A DNA stretch of 64,000 nucleotides. It comes from Octopus sinensis (Eukaryota). This document shows positions 13,201 to 27,885 of the stretch, piece after piece. The notes below the pieces were generated by a model, which saw nothing but the letters and a program-made list of their open reading frames with translations, did not search any database and had not been told where the DNA came from. The stretch is taken from assembly GCF_006345805.1 (NCBI RefSeq), contig NC_043003.1:114452001-114516000 (forward strand). The letters run 5' to 3'. Each line of letters begins with the position of its first letter. Position 1 is the first letter of the stretch. Both the position numbers and the translations under genes were made by a program.

Positions 13201-15122
13201 TATGCAATACACGATCTGGAGGGAATGCACCTACCATAGGAAAATCAAACAATAACTTTGTAAGAAGCCAGAACAACATTTGAAAAATATGGGCAATCCC
13301 AGAAATTGTTAGAGATTACCAAAAAGTTTTCCCAAGACTTTCAATCTTACCAAGAGGACTTGGTGGAACCGTTTAAGTGGCTTAAAATCACCTTGTCACA
13401 TGCTATGAATTAACAAAAAACTTATGTAAATCTTTTTTCGTGGAAATAATTTCCTAGATAGACTTTGCTCGGATAAGTACATTGTTCACTTGTGACCATT
13501 CCAACTTTTCGTATAGTAACTAGCACATTTTATAATATATTCTTGTTATTTAAAATGTCAGGATTTAATTTAGGGAGAAACGTCTGCTATTTTCGCAGTT
13601 CGAGAGACCGAGGAAAGTTACCGTCGTCTTTGAGTAGGTCAGGCTCCATCAGTGCAACTAATTACATTAATTTAGTAATTATTATAAAGTAACAAACGAG
13701 TGCAAAAAATAGTTTTTAGAGCATAGATTAACGGGACGGATTAAAAAATAACTGAATATTTTTTCTAGGCGACACACAGAAAATGGCTGTGAGATGAGAT
13801 GCAGTATTCGAGGTTCGAAATCGAATGGAGCTGCCGGTGAGTAAAAAGCTTCAGAATTTACTTGGTCGATGTTTAGCTGCAAATCATATGATTTTATGGA
13901 GGGTCCTTGGAGACATGTCTATTTACAGTAAAACATCAAATCATTCTGTAGACAAGGAAATCGTCATAATTCACTTTACAATACTAAAAGCAGTATTGAT
14001 AATATCAATAATAATAATTGAATGTACCACATGTGACTCTCCTGAGAAACTGGGCTACTTCTTGCTACTTGTATGATTCGGGAGCGCCACCTCAGTCTTT
14101 TTGGCGGTTTTAGACATTGCTTACCGTGTTCTCTTCATGAAGGATCCGGTTGACTATTCATGTTGGTCGACTTAAAGTTCCATCATCCAAAAGTCATAAA
14201 TGCATCTTAAAACAATATAACACAGGAACAAAACAAATAAAAAGAAATTACAATTAATTTGATAAAGCAGACTCTAATAAATACAAATAAAAAATATAAA
14301 TTAATGGGAGGATGTGGGAAGTGATGAAAAATATCCCACGATATTTTTGTGGACAACGAAGAATTACAAAAGAATACAAATATACAAGAAGACAAATAAG
14401 CGAGTGGGGGAGAAAGAGTGGGGTGAAAGTGTGTGAGTGTGTATGTGAGAGAGAGAGAGAGAGACAGAGAGAGACAGAAAGAGAGAGAGATGGGGGCAGA
14501 GAAACACAGACAGACAGAGGAGAGATGTGGCGTGAGAGAAGAAAAAGTGTGGAAATTGGTATAATTAAAACATAAAAAGTAAAAGGAAGAGAAAACTAAA
14601 TGGAAACAACACGAAAATTTGAAAACAGCAAAAAAGATTTAGTTTGGTAAAATTAAAATGACAGGAAAATGAGATAAATGGAAAATGTTAAATCTATGAC
14701 GAGACAGAATGAAGAAATATATAAAATGGTAAAAAAAAACGATATTAAACAAACAAATAAAAATAAACGATAAATAAGGGGATGAAAAATATTTTCTAGA
14801 TAGTGACATAAAAATGGACGATATATCAAGAAGGGTGACATTGGCATAAATCTAGGGAATATGGAAGCATGGAAATGGGTTAAGGAAAAAGAATGAAAGA
14901 ATGTGAGGAATGGTAAGACAGAGGAATAACGGAAAAAACAGAATTTTTAAAAAGACAAATGGTGAAGGAATATCCGCTTAGAGTAATTCTAGATATGAAC
15001 GTGTGGAAGGGATTTTAGATTCACTTCATGAAAAATTTTTGATGATTAAGTTCTATAATAGCAACAATCCGCCTTCTTCTAGACGGACAGATCTGCTACT
15101 AATGCTAGTAGTGCTGTTGCGG

Positions 15123-15153
<31 letters not shown>

Positions 15154-15189
15154 TACTACATAATACTTACATACATATATTAAGGGAGT

Positions 15190-15578
15190 GGAGGCGCAAT
15201 GGCCCAGTGGTTAGGGCAGCGGACTCGCAGTCATAGGATCGCGGTTTCGATTCCCAGACCAGGCGTTGTGAGTTTTTATTGAGCGAAAACACCTAGAGCT
15301 CCACGAGTCTCCGTCAGGGGGTGGTTGTGATCCCTGCTGTACTCTTTCACCACAACTTTCTCTCACTCTTACTTCCTGTTTCTGTTGTACATGTATTTCA
15401 AAGGGCCGGCCTTGTCACTCTCTGTGTCACACTGAATATCCCCGAGAAATACGTTAAGGGTACACGTGTCTGTGGAGTGCTCAGCCACTTACACGTTAAT
15501 TTCACGAGCAGGCTGTTCCGTTGATCGAATCAACCGGAACCCTCATCGTCGTAACCGACGGAGTGCTTCCATTCATAA
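15190..15578 (+). mobile_element. tRNA-derived SINE, head type C (ggaggcgcaatggcccagtggttag), tail X
   Basis: A and B boxes; 8-bp TSD taagggag at 15181-15188 and 15579-15586. Resembles the tRNA-Arg-like octopus OR-type SINEs (assignment unverified). Confidence 0.85.
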
Positions 15579-15739
15579 TAAGGGAGACGACAAATGGATT
15601 GTGTTCGGCCATTTTTGTTCTTTATAAGTAAACACCGCACATGGATCCTGAAACGTCTTTTTGATTTGGACAGCTCAGTGGATGATAAAAGTGCGTCCTG
15701 GCAGCCATGTTTTTATATAATTTCATATACATCTATGTT

Positions 15740-16136
15740 TATATGGATGTGTACATTGATTTGTTCAAATGCATGTATATGTAAGTGCTGAGACATGTCT
15801 GTATATGTATATATGTATATACGTATTTTTCGTTATCCATGCATGTATATATATTTAGATGTGTGTACATATATATACATACATACACACATACATACAT
15901 ACATACATACATACTACATACATACATACATACATACATACATACATACATACATACATACATACACACACACAAACATGTATAAATGCTCGAAATACGA
16001 GAGTAGAAAAATAGCCAACAACTGATGAGGGGTCGTTCATTGTGTTGTTTTCTATTTGTGTTTTTCGTTGTTCGGACAGAACTTGTGGGATGACTTTATA
16101 TATATATAAGCATATATATAAGGTGATCCCATAAGT

Positions 16137-16221
<85 letters not shown>

Positions 16222-16320
16222 GATGTATGTATGTATATGAATGTATGTATGTATGTATATATATATATATTTATATATATATATGTATGTATATATGTAT
16301 GTATTTATGTATGTATACAT
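15740..16320. repeat. (TACA)n and (TA)n microsatellites
   Basis: Direct reading. Confidence 0.9.
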
Positions 16321-17224
16321 TAAAAAGTTGTTACCAGTTAAAATATGCTTGAGGCATGTAAAAGATCCATTCAGTGTATCTTGTCATTAAGAAAAAGTTT
16401 GAATTGTAAAGAAATTGAAAGAAATGCAGCGCGTCAACCCACAGTATCCTCTAACAAGACCGTAGGATGCATGTATTCCGGAGTGATTATCTCCTCTTCA
16501 ACACCAGAAACCGAAAAGACAGACGCTGTGAACTGATACGTGAGAGAAATCCTCTTGACGATATTCTCGTCATTTGCCAATGATTGGTGGCGCTATTCCG
16601 CAGCTCGCTGAACATAGCAGCGCTTAGCAGTGATGTATATAAATATAAACTTCTTAACACTTTATATATTCCTGAGGCATATTCGAACCCGTCAGAAAGT
16701 CATTCACCGTACATTTTCATGGATGTATGCATGTATGTATGTATTGCGAGGACAGTTTCATAAACTCCATTCACCAAATTTAAGACAAGGATTAGAAGAA
16801 CGCTTGATTTGGGGCGAATAAATTTCAGTCGACAGTTTTTGTCTCGAGAAATTAATTCACAGAAACCAGTTAAATTTAAAGTAGTTTTCATGCTTTAATA
16901 TTTTAAATCTTATAAAATTGTGTAAAATGTGTTTAAAGAAATTCTTATATCTCTGCCGTTCCCTTCCATCACCATTAAGCTAGCGGTACACGATGTACGT
17001 AGATGTTCATGCAAATATCTGGTTCACAGGACAAAGCAGGTACAACACAGGTGCCGAATATTGTGTTTAAAATGTCATTTAAAGCTTATTTGTATGTTGG
17101 TGGCACTGTTTTGGTTTTTCGTGATGAACGCGTTCAGACTCTGCATCACAAGGCTGCCACTGTATTAATGCGTCAATGATTTATTTTTGAAGGACCTTGA
17201 AAAATAATAATAATATTTAATATA

Positions 17225-17255
17225 CTAAAACTACTACTACTACTACTACTACTAT

Positions 17256-17303
<48 letters not shown>
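17225..17303. repeat. (TAC)n microsatellite
   Basis: Direct reading. Confidence 0.95.
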
Positions 17304-17304
<1 letters not shown>

Positions 17305-18149
17305 GTGATTGATTGCTTATAAGAAAGAGCGATAGAGAACGTGACTGATAGACATACAGACACAGCGAAATATGTGAGTTTTTGTGAAGGTCTGGACAAG
17401 AGTAAAGAAGCATCGAGAGGAACCAATCTAATGATGGAAGTCTAATATATCGCCCTCGTATCTATTGATCTCTTCTGTTCTCTGGAAAGGGCATACTTAA
17501 TTAATAATTAAGACGCCGTTAATTGGATGATGCCAGAGAAAAAAAAAAGAAAAAGAAAAATATGGACAGATGGCTACTAGTGATGATGAAGAGGCGTGTG
17601 TTGGAAAAGATAGCGCTGCTGCGGTACAAGTTGCTGCATGACTGCTGCTGCTGGAGAGAACAGAATTGAAGCTGCTGCTTATGGTGACGGTGATGGTGAT
17701 TCTAGTGATGGCATCATCAACTGCTGGAGTGTGAAGTGTTGATCTTACTGTTAGGGTTTTATTTCTGGAGTAAATTTTCCCAGACTTTTACATTAAGGTA
17801 GAGTTGAACGAAAGCTTTCTTTTCTTATTTTAAATACTTTTCAGTCACCCTGTTGAATAATTTTTGTTAGAGTTTTAGGAAACTGATTCGCAGCATTTTC
17901 ATCACTACTCACACTTTCAACTTTAATGATGTTCTTCAAATTTAACCCCATTTCAAATATTTCCATTAACTCGTACTCGCAACAAATTCTTCCTTATACT
18001 TGTTATGTCAGTCGTGGAGACTGAAAAATCACCAGAAATTTTCGAGCTTTACTCGCACTGAGCCAAGCCTAATACACGTTTTATGTTGGCCTTAATAATC
18101 ATTTGTATTATAGGCCCAAACCCTGAAATTTGCTTGGGTGGAGCTTAGT

Positions 18150-18520
18150 CAACCTTAGAGCTTAACTGGTACTTATTTTGATGAGCCCGACATGACGAAG
18201 GTCGACCTTGGCGGAATTTGAACTCAGAGAGTTAAGACGGACGAAACCCTGCTAAGCATTTTGGCCGACGAACTAACGACCCTGCCAGCTCTCCACTTGA
18301 AGGGTCCGACTAATATTGCTTCCCAATTTTGTCCCATGGCCAGCAATTTCAGGGGTGGCGCTAAATTGATTACATCCACACCAGTGTTCAATCGCTACTT
18401 ATTTTACTAACCTCAAAAGGAGGCAGAGTGAAGTTGACCCCGGCGGAATTTGAACTCAGCGCACAAAAACGGACGAAACACCACTGAGCACATTGTTCGG
18501 CGAGCTTACAATTCTGATCT
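18150..18520 (-). mobile_element. Two degenerate head-B SINE copies in tandem
   Basis: Repeated ggcggaatttgaactcag (reverse complement of ctgagttcaaattccgcc) near 18210 and 18441. Confidence 0.7.
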
Positions 18521-18569
18521 TAAAAATGAAACGCGATTACCAAAATAATTAAACTTTTGCTTTGTTTAA

Positions 18570-18810
18570 CAATCTTCTACTTGTTTCAGTCATTAGACTG
18601 CGGCCATGCTGGGGCACAACTCTAAAACAATTTTAGTCGAATGATCGACCCCAGTATTTTCTGAAGCCTGGTACTTACTTACTGTATCGGTGGTCGGCCC
18701 GAGGCTATAGAAGAAGGCACTTGCTTAAGCTTCTGTACAGTGGGACTGAACCTAGGAACCATGTGTTTGGGAAGCAAGCTTCTTACCACACAGTCACACC
18801 AACACCTTTA
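18570..18810 (-). mobile_element. Head-A SINE with an internal deletion
   Basis: Tail (ttgtttcagtcattagactgcggccatgctg) joined directly to head (gtgggactgaacc..ttaccacacag). Confidence 0.7.
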
Positions 18811-19104
18811 GTTAAAGTTTTTAAAAGGTTAGAACCTTTCAGAAGCTTCGTGATTCTCAATCTATCCTTGAAAATTGTTTCGAAGATTAATAAAAAAAAA
18901 AAAAAAGAAAGAAAGGACTAGCGTTTTCAAATTTTCAACTCCATTTTATCCTTGTCAAATTGTTTCTGCTTAATGTTTATTTTTGATTAGTTAAGCCTTT
19001 TCTTCGTAGCAGTGTTGCGCACCTAAAACTGGTGATAGGAAACAATTTTAGACAAATATTATAAATAATATAGATAACATAAATATTATATAAATAATAA
19101 TATA

Positions 19105-19518
19105 GGCGTAGGTGTGGCTGTATGGTAAGTAACTTGATTTCCAACCACATGGTTTCAAGTTCAGTCTCACTGCATGGCAACTTGGGCAAGTGTTTTCTAC
19201 TATAGCCTCGGGCCGACCAAAGCCTTGTGAGTGGATTTGGTAGACGGAAACTGAAAGAAGCTCGTCGTATATATGTATATGCATATATATATGTGTGTGT
19301 ATGTGTGTCTGTGTTTGTCCCCCAACATCGCTTGACAACTGATGCTGGTGTGTTTACGTCCCCGTAACTTAGCGGTTCGGCAAAAGAGAACCGATAGAAT
19401 AAGTACTTGGCTTACAAAGAATAAGTCCTGGGGTCGATTTGTTCGACTAAAGGCGGTGCTCGAGCATGGCCACAGTCAAATGACTGAAACAAGTAAAAGA
19501 GTAAAAGAGTAAAAAGAG
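19105..19518 (+). mobile_element. Head-A SINE, full length
   Basis: Head ggcgtaggtgtggctgtatggtaag through the (gagtaaaa)n tail. Confidence 0.9.
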
Positions 19519-19688
19519 CACAGACTTTACTTGATTCTTACTGAAAATGACGATGGGAAAATTTATTTTTTTCTTTTCTTTTTTTCTTTTCTCTTTTTTT
19601 TTACATCAAGTCAACTGAACACTGAAGTGTCATGTTAGTCGGATGTTTGTAAAACGGAAAGTAGTTTCCATATATATATATATATATA

Positions 19689-19925
19689 TACTCTTTTTCA
19701 CTCCTTTACTCGTTTACTTGTTTCAGTCATTTGACTGCGGCCATGCTGGAGCACCGCCTTTAGTCGAGCAAAGCGAACCCGGGACTTATTCTTTATAAGC
19801 CCAGTACTTATTCTATCGGTCCCTTTTGCCGAACCGCTATGTGACGGGGACGTAAACACACCAGCATCGGTTGTCAAGCAATGCTAGGGGGATAAACACA
19901 GACACACAAACACGTACACACACAT

Positions 19926-19964
<39 letters not shown>

Positions 19965-19965
19965 G

Positions 19966-19996
<31 letters not shown>

Positions 19997-20159
19997 TACG
20001 ATAGGCTTCTTTCAGTTTCCGTTTGCCAAATCCACTCAAAAGGCATTGGTCGGCCCGGGGCTATAGCAGAAGACGCCTGCCCGAGATGCCACGCAGTGGG
20101 ACTGAACCCGGAACCATGCGGATGGTTAGCAAGCTACGTACCACACAGCCACTCCTGCG

Positions 20160-20161
<2 letters not shown>
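19689..20161 (-). mobile_element. Head-A SINE, full length
   Basis: Reverse complement of the same consensus. Confidence 0.9.
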
Positions 20162-20213
<52 letters not shown>

Positions 20214-20278
20214 CATACATATGTATATATACAAACATATATATATATATATATATATATATAAAGATATATATATAC

Positions 20279-20326
<48 letters not shown>

Positions 20327-20829
20327 TTATACTTATATATGTGTGCATGCATGTATGTGTATATATACTGTGTTTGTGTAGGTGTGTATACCATTTTCAG
20401 TTTAAATGTTTCCAGCCAGTTGTCTTACGAATACAGTAAATGTTGTCTCCGATGTCAATCCATACTTAGAACGTTCCATACATTGACAGAAGTAAAACAA
20501 AATTTTGGATAAACAAAAATGAAAGTAGACGACAATTAATTGCACTAAACGGCACGATTTAAGTGATGGAGTATTAAAAATAAATTCATTTAATAACAAC
20601 ACACTTTGCTGTCATGAAAGTACAACCCCTACTACCAGCTTCCTTAACCAATATTCCTGCTGATGACACCATCCTCGCTTCGCCACCATTTTAACAGTTA
20701 CTGCGGTTCTCGGTTTATCAGATATGCATGCGCATCTATGTGTGCGATTATATGTGCATAAACAGCATTCTCTTTCGCCTATCTCTCACTGCTAACATGT
20801 CCCTTATAGTAAACACTAACCTCTTTCTC

Positions 20830-21110
<281 letters not shown>

Positions 21111-21639
21111 TTGTTTCCTCCCGTATCTCTCTTATTGCTTTCTCCTCAAGCTTACCTGCCTATCATAATAGTGTTTGCTTCTTTCTATCTCTCACCGCAT
21201 TCTCTTTCCATTCCGATAAACAAACCTTTCTCCCCCCCCCTCCTCTTCGCTTCACGCTTCAACTAACCACTTCATAGCCAACCCTACCTCGGTACATCAG
21301 CTCATGCGCATTATAGGTTCTCATATTCTTTATATTTTTATCGATTTATTTATTCTCACTATTTCTAGCATGAATATCTGATCGTTGTTATTTTTCATCA
21401 TCGGAGAACATCGCGGTTCAGATGCCGTACTCAGATGATAAAAAAAGAAAGAAAAAATTATTATAGCGATCAAATATTCACGCCAGAAAGTACATCTCTG
21501 TAGAGATGCTGTGAAGACGTATCGCCAAGTTGTTAGGGTATTTGGCCGACGATTGTCAGGTCTTGAGATCGATACTCGGCGGTACAAGACAATCTATATT
21601 GTCAGCTGGTGAAAATGAGTTGTACACGTAATTCTGTGC

Positions 21640-21790
21640 CACGATGAATCTCCATGAAGTACTACGTTAAGGATACGCGTGCCTGTGGAGTATTCAGCCA
21701 CTTGCGCGTTAACTTCACGAGCAGGCTCATCTATTGATTGGATCAAGTGGAACACTGGTCGTCGCAATCGACGGAGGGCCAATTTAGATG
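21640..21790 (+). mobile_element. Isolated SINE tail X fragment
   Basis: tacgttaaggatacgcgtgcctgtggagtattcagccactt..cacgagcaggct matches 15450-15520. Confidence 0.7.
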
Positions 21791-21939
21791 TTGTATGTTC
21801 GTGGCCCACATTATTTGCCAGTATCAGATGTTTCGATGTGTCTCCTCAATCAAAACAACCCATTTGGACCAAAGAATCTAGAAAGTGGTAGGACTTGTGA
21901 TTATAGAAATCCACAAACAAACTTTTACCTTTCGAAATA

Positions 21940-22098
21940 GGCAATGGTATGACTGTGGGGTTTAGTAACTCGCTTTTGCAGCCAAATAGTCTCCGGTTCG
22001 GTCTTAATACACAGTATTTCGAGTCCCGGGCCGACCGACGTGTTTTGAATGAATTTTGTAGACGGAAACTATATGGAAACCCGTCACGGGCATCTGTG

Positions 22099-22164
<66 letters not shown>

Positions 22165-22232
22165 GAGAGGGAGAGAGAGAGAGAGAGGAGGAGAGGAGAG
22201 AGAGAGAGAGAGGTGTGTGTGTGTGTGGTGTG

Positions 22233-22292
<60 letters not shown>

Positions 22293-22480
22293 TCGTCTTT
22301 CTGTTTTGTACCTCCACACCGCTTGAAAACGTGTGTTCGTTTGTTTACCTCCCTGTAACTTGAAGGCTCAGGAAAAGAAACCGATAAAATAAGTTCAAGT
22401 GACGATCTGCTTGACGGAATGCCCTTCAAGGGGGTGCCCCGAACTCCGCATGGCTATAATAAAATTACTGAAACAATTAA
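21940..22480 (+). mobile_element. Degenerate head-A SINE with an expanded internal TA/GA/TG microsatellite
   Basis: gtagacggaaact..cccgtc core and cgataaaataagt..gcatggc tail remnants. Confidence 0.65.
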
Positions 22481-22599
22481 AAGAAAGAACAAAATTAGAA
22501 AATACATGCTGATATCTGTCAAACAGATGATAATTGAGGAGGAGCGTCGTGCTGCGCAGTGAGGGTCACGGCAATAACATATCTCAATAGGTCGTGGAA

Positions 22600-23106
22600 G
22601 ATGCCAGCATAGCGATCTGATCGCTGTTGTTTTTGCTCATTGGAAAGAATCTCCGCGCAGACGATACGTATTCATTATGCAGACGATACGTATTCATTAC
22701 GCAGACGATGCACCGCAGAAGCGGACTCTGAGGATATTTTCGACAATTCTTTTCATGGAGACAATAGAATTTCGGTGTGAGGTGTGTGGGAGCATTTGGA
22801 TGCCGAAGGTTGAATGGAGCATGCTGTCATCTGGAGAGGAGAGGATGTTGCTGAAGAGGTCGGTGAATATGTTGTTGGCGAAGGACGGAGTGGAGGATAA
22901 ATTTGAACTTAGGGGCAGAGCCAAGTTAATAGAAAGTGAGTCAGGGCGAGTGTCCGTCAGTACACGCTGTGATGGTGCAATGTGTTAGGAAACCACTGAT
23001 CCGAGACGCAAGAGACAGATGGAACTGAGAGGCTGGCAGTTTTGTTAAGGGATTCGCATGCCAGACACGGTCGAATGCGCCGCTGATACCAAATGCAACG
23101 ACAATG
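22600..23106 (-). pseudogene. Degenerate CR1/Jockey-group LINE reverse transcriptase fragment
   Basis: Minus strand reads ENIVVAFGISGAFDRVWHANPLTKLPA (compare ALDISKAFDRVWH) and LSSTPSFANNIFTDLFSNILSSPDDSMLH (RT motifs 4-5, eroded). Confidence 0.7.
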
Positions 23107-23169
23107 TTTTCACCCTTTTACTCGTTATTATAAAGGTAATAATAGTATTGATCGCTATTTGCGGTCGTA

Positions 23170-23200
23170 ATTATGGTGGTGATGATGATGATGGTGATGG

Positions 23201-23231
<31 letters not shown>

Positions 23232-23263
23232 GGTAGTGGTGGCGGTGGTGATGGTGGTGGTGG

Positions 23264-23297
<34 letters not shown>

Positions 23298-24020
23298 GGT
23301 GATGATGATGATGATGAGGATGATGATGTTGATGTTGACGGATGTTTAGCTGAGAAAGTCAGCAGGGTTCGTGTTTTTGAAGAACAATGCTGAACAAGGA
23401 GGCAACGTTGAAAAGCGGTACAAATTCATCCTGATTTACATTAGATATAGTGTATCTAGGAATACATTTTCCAATGTGCCCTAATTCTTAAAACTCTACG
23501 TTGTTAGTCGAGGTAGAATTGGCTGCATAATTCGCAGGCGGTGGTGGTGGTGGCGGTGGTTTTGGTGGTGGTTTTGGTGGTGGTTTTGGTGGTGGTTTGG
23601 GTGGTGGTTTTGATGGTTGTGTTGGTGGTGGTGGTTGTGGTGGTGATGATGGTGGTTTCGGTGGTGGTTTTGGTGGTGGTTTTGATGGTTGTGTTGGTGG
23701 TGGTGGTTGTGGTGGTGGTTTTGGTTCTGGTTTTGATGGTTGTGTTGGTGGTGGTGGTTGTGGTGGTGATGATGGTGGTTTTGGTGGTGGTTGTGGTGGT
23801 GGTTTTGATGGTTGTGTTGGTGGTGGTTTTGGTGCTGGTTTTGATGGTTGTGTTGGTGGTGGTGGTTGTGGTGGTGGTTGTGGTGGTGATGATGGTGGTT
23901 TTGGTGGTGGTTTTGGTGGTGGTTGTGGTGGTGGTTTTGATGGTTGTGTTGGTGGTGATGATGGTGGTGGTGGCAGTGATGGCGGCGGTGGTGGTTGTGG
24001 TGGTGGTGGTTGTCGTTGTG
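23170..24020. repeat. (GGT/GAT)n microsatellite and GGT-based minisatellite
   Basis: Direct reading; source of the Gly-, Val- and Thr-rich ORF-track entries. Confidence 0.9.
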
Positions 24021-25569
24021 GGGGGTTTATTATGAAAATATATTACGAGGCAATGGTGGTGGATAGCGTTTATGATGTTTATAGATGATGTGAGGCAAAT
24101 CATATGAGTTTGTTGGTGGCAGTTTAGCTCTTTGTTTAGATCCAAGTCAGCCCCGACTGGAGCAGACCGTTGTTCAAACGCATTCTGATCTTAACCATCC
24201 TGTTAGTAATATTAACGACAGGTTCTTTCTGTTTTCAAGTCATCTACGTAATTTGAGGGAGTGTGGCTGCGATTTCTAGCAGTCTCAGCAACTATTTACA
24301 AGTTACCTTGTTTGTCAGAGTTGAAGTTGTTGTTGTTATTGCTGTAAGGTATCTTTTTGTTTACAGTGTGATACGACGGGAAAATATGAAGAGTCAACAA
24401 TGGGAATGTTATAAAACAAATATTCCTGGGGTTTTTCTTTGAGACCCCCTCCCGCGGCCGCCTCCTCGGCATCCCTCGCTATTTACAGCCCGTCCGAATA
24501 TTTCCCTTTCCATGTATCACCGTACATTCATACACCATATACACACACATATACTTGCTCTCTGCCCGGGCAATCATCTCCACAACCAATCACAAATTAC
24601 TGGGGTGTGGCAGCCATTTCCCCACCGCCCCACATCACCACCCTAGCCCAACCCCACCCGCTAACATCGCCACTACATAAACCACTATACTCATAAACGA
24701 TCACATTGTGAACCCTAGGGGCTACTGAAGATGAAGAAGAAAGGGAGAGAGAGAGGGAGACAATGGTGGAGTACAAAGAGGCCTGAAAGAGGTTACATGC
24801 AATTTCCCAACCCCCGACCCTCCACCCATGACAATCACCGAGGGAGGGTCGAATAGTTACTACCGTAGTGTGGTGTGCATGGGTGTAGTTCTTTGATAAG
24901 AGAGGAAGGGTAAAGAGCACTTGTCTGCGTTTGCCACGGTGTGGGCGTGTTTTTATGTATTTGTGTGTGCATGTGTGTGTGCGTGTGTGTGTGTATGCGT
25001 GTTTGTGTGAGTGTGAGTGTGTGCATGCTTATAGCAAGAGAGAAATAGAGAGAGACTGAGATAAGTGTAGTAACATATAAATGGTGTAAATGAATATGTA
25101 TGTATTTATGTATGTATGTGTGTGTGTATGTGTGTGTGTATGTGTGCGTGTGTACCACCCCCACCCATATATATATATATTTATAAATGTATGCATGTAT
25201 GTATATATATATATATATATGACTGTGAGTTGCGCGGGGGCAGAGTTGAGTGTTCCGCTGGAAAAGTAAGGTGACGGGGCTATGGGAATAACAATGGGTT
25301 GGGTTAATGGTTCCGGTGTGCTGATTCTTTTGGTAATATTAACCGCTGGGGACATTGTCGGGGAGGAGAGGCACATCATTTCCATTCATCACTTTTTACT
25401 AACCACCCCACCGTCACCTTTTACCCACGACCCTCATACATTTCTCTCCTTCTCTCCGCCTCTCTCTCTCTCTCTATCTCTCTGTCTTTCTCTAATTCTC
25501 TTTGTCTTCCATTATTTTATTATAAATATATACATACATATCAATTTTTGAGCTTTTATTCCTCTCACT

Positions 25570-26770
<1,201 letters not shown>

Positions 26771-26924
26771 AGTAAATCTTTCTTGTAATATACATACACA
26801 TACACACTCACACACAAATATGTAATTATTTACCCAAACGCATACATATATGTTTGAGAGTGTCTGTGTGTGTGCGTGCATAACCCCGTAACTGAACCAT
26901 CCCAAAGAAACTATCGTCACTTAC

Positions 26925-27003
26925 CTCCACAGATTCTTCAAAACTTTCTCTTTTCTCCATCGATTGAAGTATCGTGATTCGATTCCATCCACACAACTCG
27001 AAC
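26925..27003 (-). other. Candidate 79-nt internal exon of an unidentified gene
   Basis: Acceptor tatttatgcag and perfect donor GAG|gtaagt. Two open frames: SSCVDGIESRYFNRWRKEKVLKNLW or FELCGWNRITILQSMEKRESFEESVE. No homology recognised. Confidence 0.35.
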
Positions 27004-27083
27004 CTGCATAAATATTTCACTCCTTAATTCACCAATTCTCCCATACATTCCTATATTCCTCTCAAGGAAAGTACTTGGACATA

Positions 27084-27492
27084 TACTCTTTTACTCTTTT
27101 ACTTGTTTCAGTCATTCGACTGCGGCCATGCTGGAGTACCGCCTTTAATCGAGCAACTCGACCCCGGGACTTATTCTTTTTGTAAGCCCAGTACTTATTC
27201 TATCGGTCTCTTTTGCCGAACCGCTAAGTAACGGGGACATAAACACACCAGCATCGGTTGTCAAGCAATGCTAGGGGGACAAACACAGACGCACAAACAC
27301 ACACACGCATATATTTATATACATATATACGACGGGCTTCTTTCAGTTTCCGTCTACCAAATCCACTCACAAGGCTTTGGTCGGCCCGAGACTATAGTAG
27401 AAAACACTTGCCCAAGGTGCCACGCAGTGGGACTGAACCCGGAACCATGTGGTTAGTTAGCAAGCTACTTACCACACAGCCACTCATGCGCC
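27084..27492 (-). mobile_element. Head-A SINE, full length
   Basis: Matches the consensus seen at 7964 and 19689. Confidence 0.9.
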
Positions 27493-27885
27493 TATACTTT
27501 GAACATCGTTATTGACTGTTCTTCTTAACTAAAGAACTTTTACTCCAAACATAATCTTGCTTCGCTCCTACCTTTCGTAATTCAATAAATTGCCCCACAC
27601 ATCGTTCGAACTTCGTACGTTTGGTTTTATTTCATCATTTCTTTCACACCTGAATTTCTCGACTTTCTCATTAAATATACACATTTTAGTTTGTTATACT
27701 TACATCATTACTTCTCTCCTTACATTTATACTTATCCCTATTTATTGCTTTTTTTTTTTCCACGGACTCCTTTGTTTCCTGTTTCATTCAGTTGGACCCT
27801 CATTACTGTCTGAAGTTTTAAAACAGTCCTTTTATGTTTTTTATATTTAAATATTTGGAATTACGTTAACAATTGTTAAAATATT

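Noticed and set aside
13769-13836. Plus-strand exon-like segment (ttttttctag..CCG|gtgagt) with open frame RHTENGCEMRCSIRGSKSNGAA
   Set aside because: No recognisable homology and no consistent plus-strand partner exons; such signals arise by chance in AT-rich DNA.
15190-15270. tRNA genes at SINE heads
   Set aside because: The tRNA-like A/B boxes continue into SINE bodies with TSDs; they are not stand-alone tRNAs.
15990-16035. ctcGAAA..CTGATGAggg, a possible type II hammerhead
   Set aside because: Stem I cannot form and stem III is marginal.
16345-16640. ORF with TPETEK, reminiscent of mariner
   Set aside because: No DDD motifs recovered.
23504-24145. Thr-rich mucin-like and Gly-rich ORFs
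   Set aside because: Translations of a GGT minisatellite; no usable splice sites.
26925-27003. Receptor guanylyl cyclase juxtamembrane match for RWRKEKVLKNLWR
   Set aside because: The E..L....W spacing is one residue short and no transmembrane segment precedes it.
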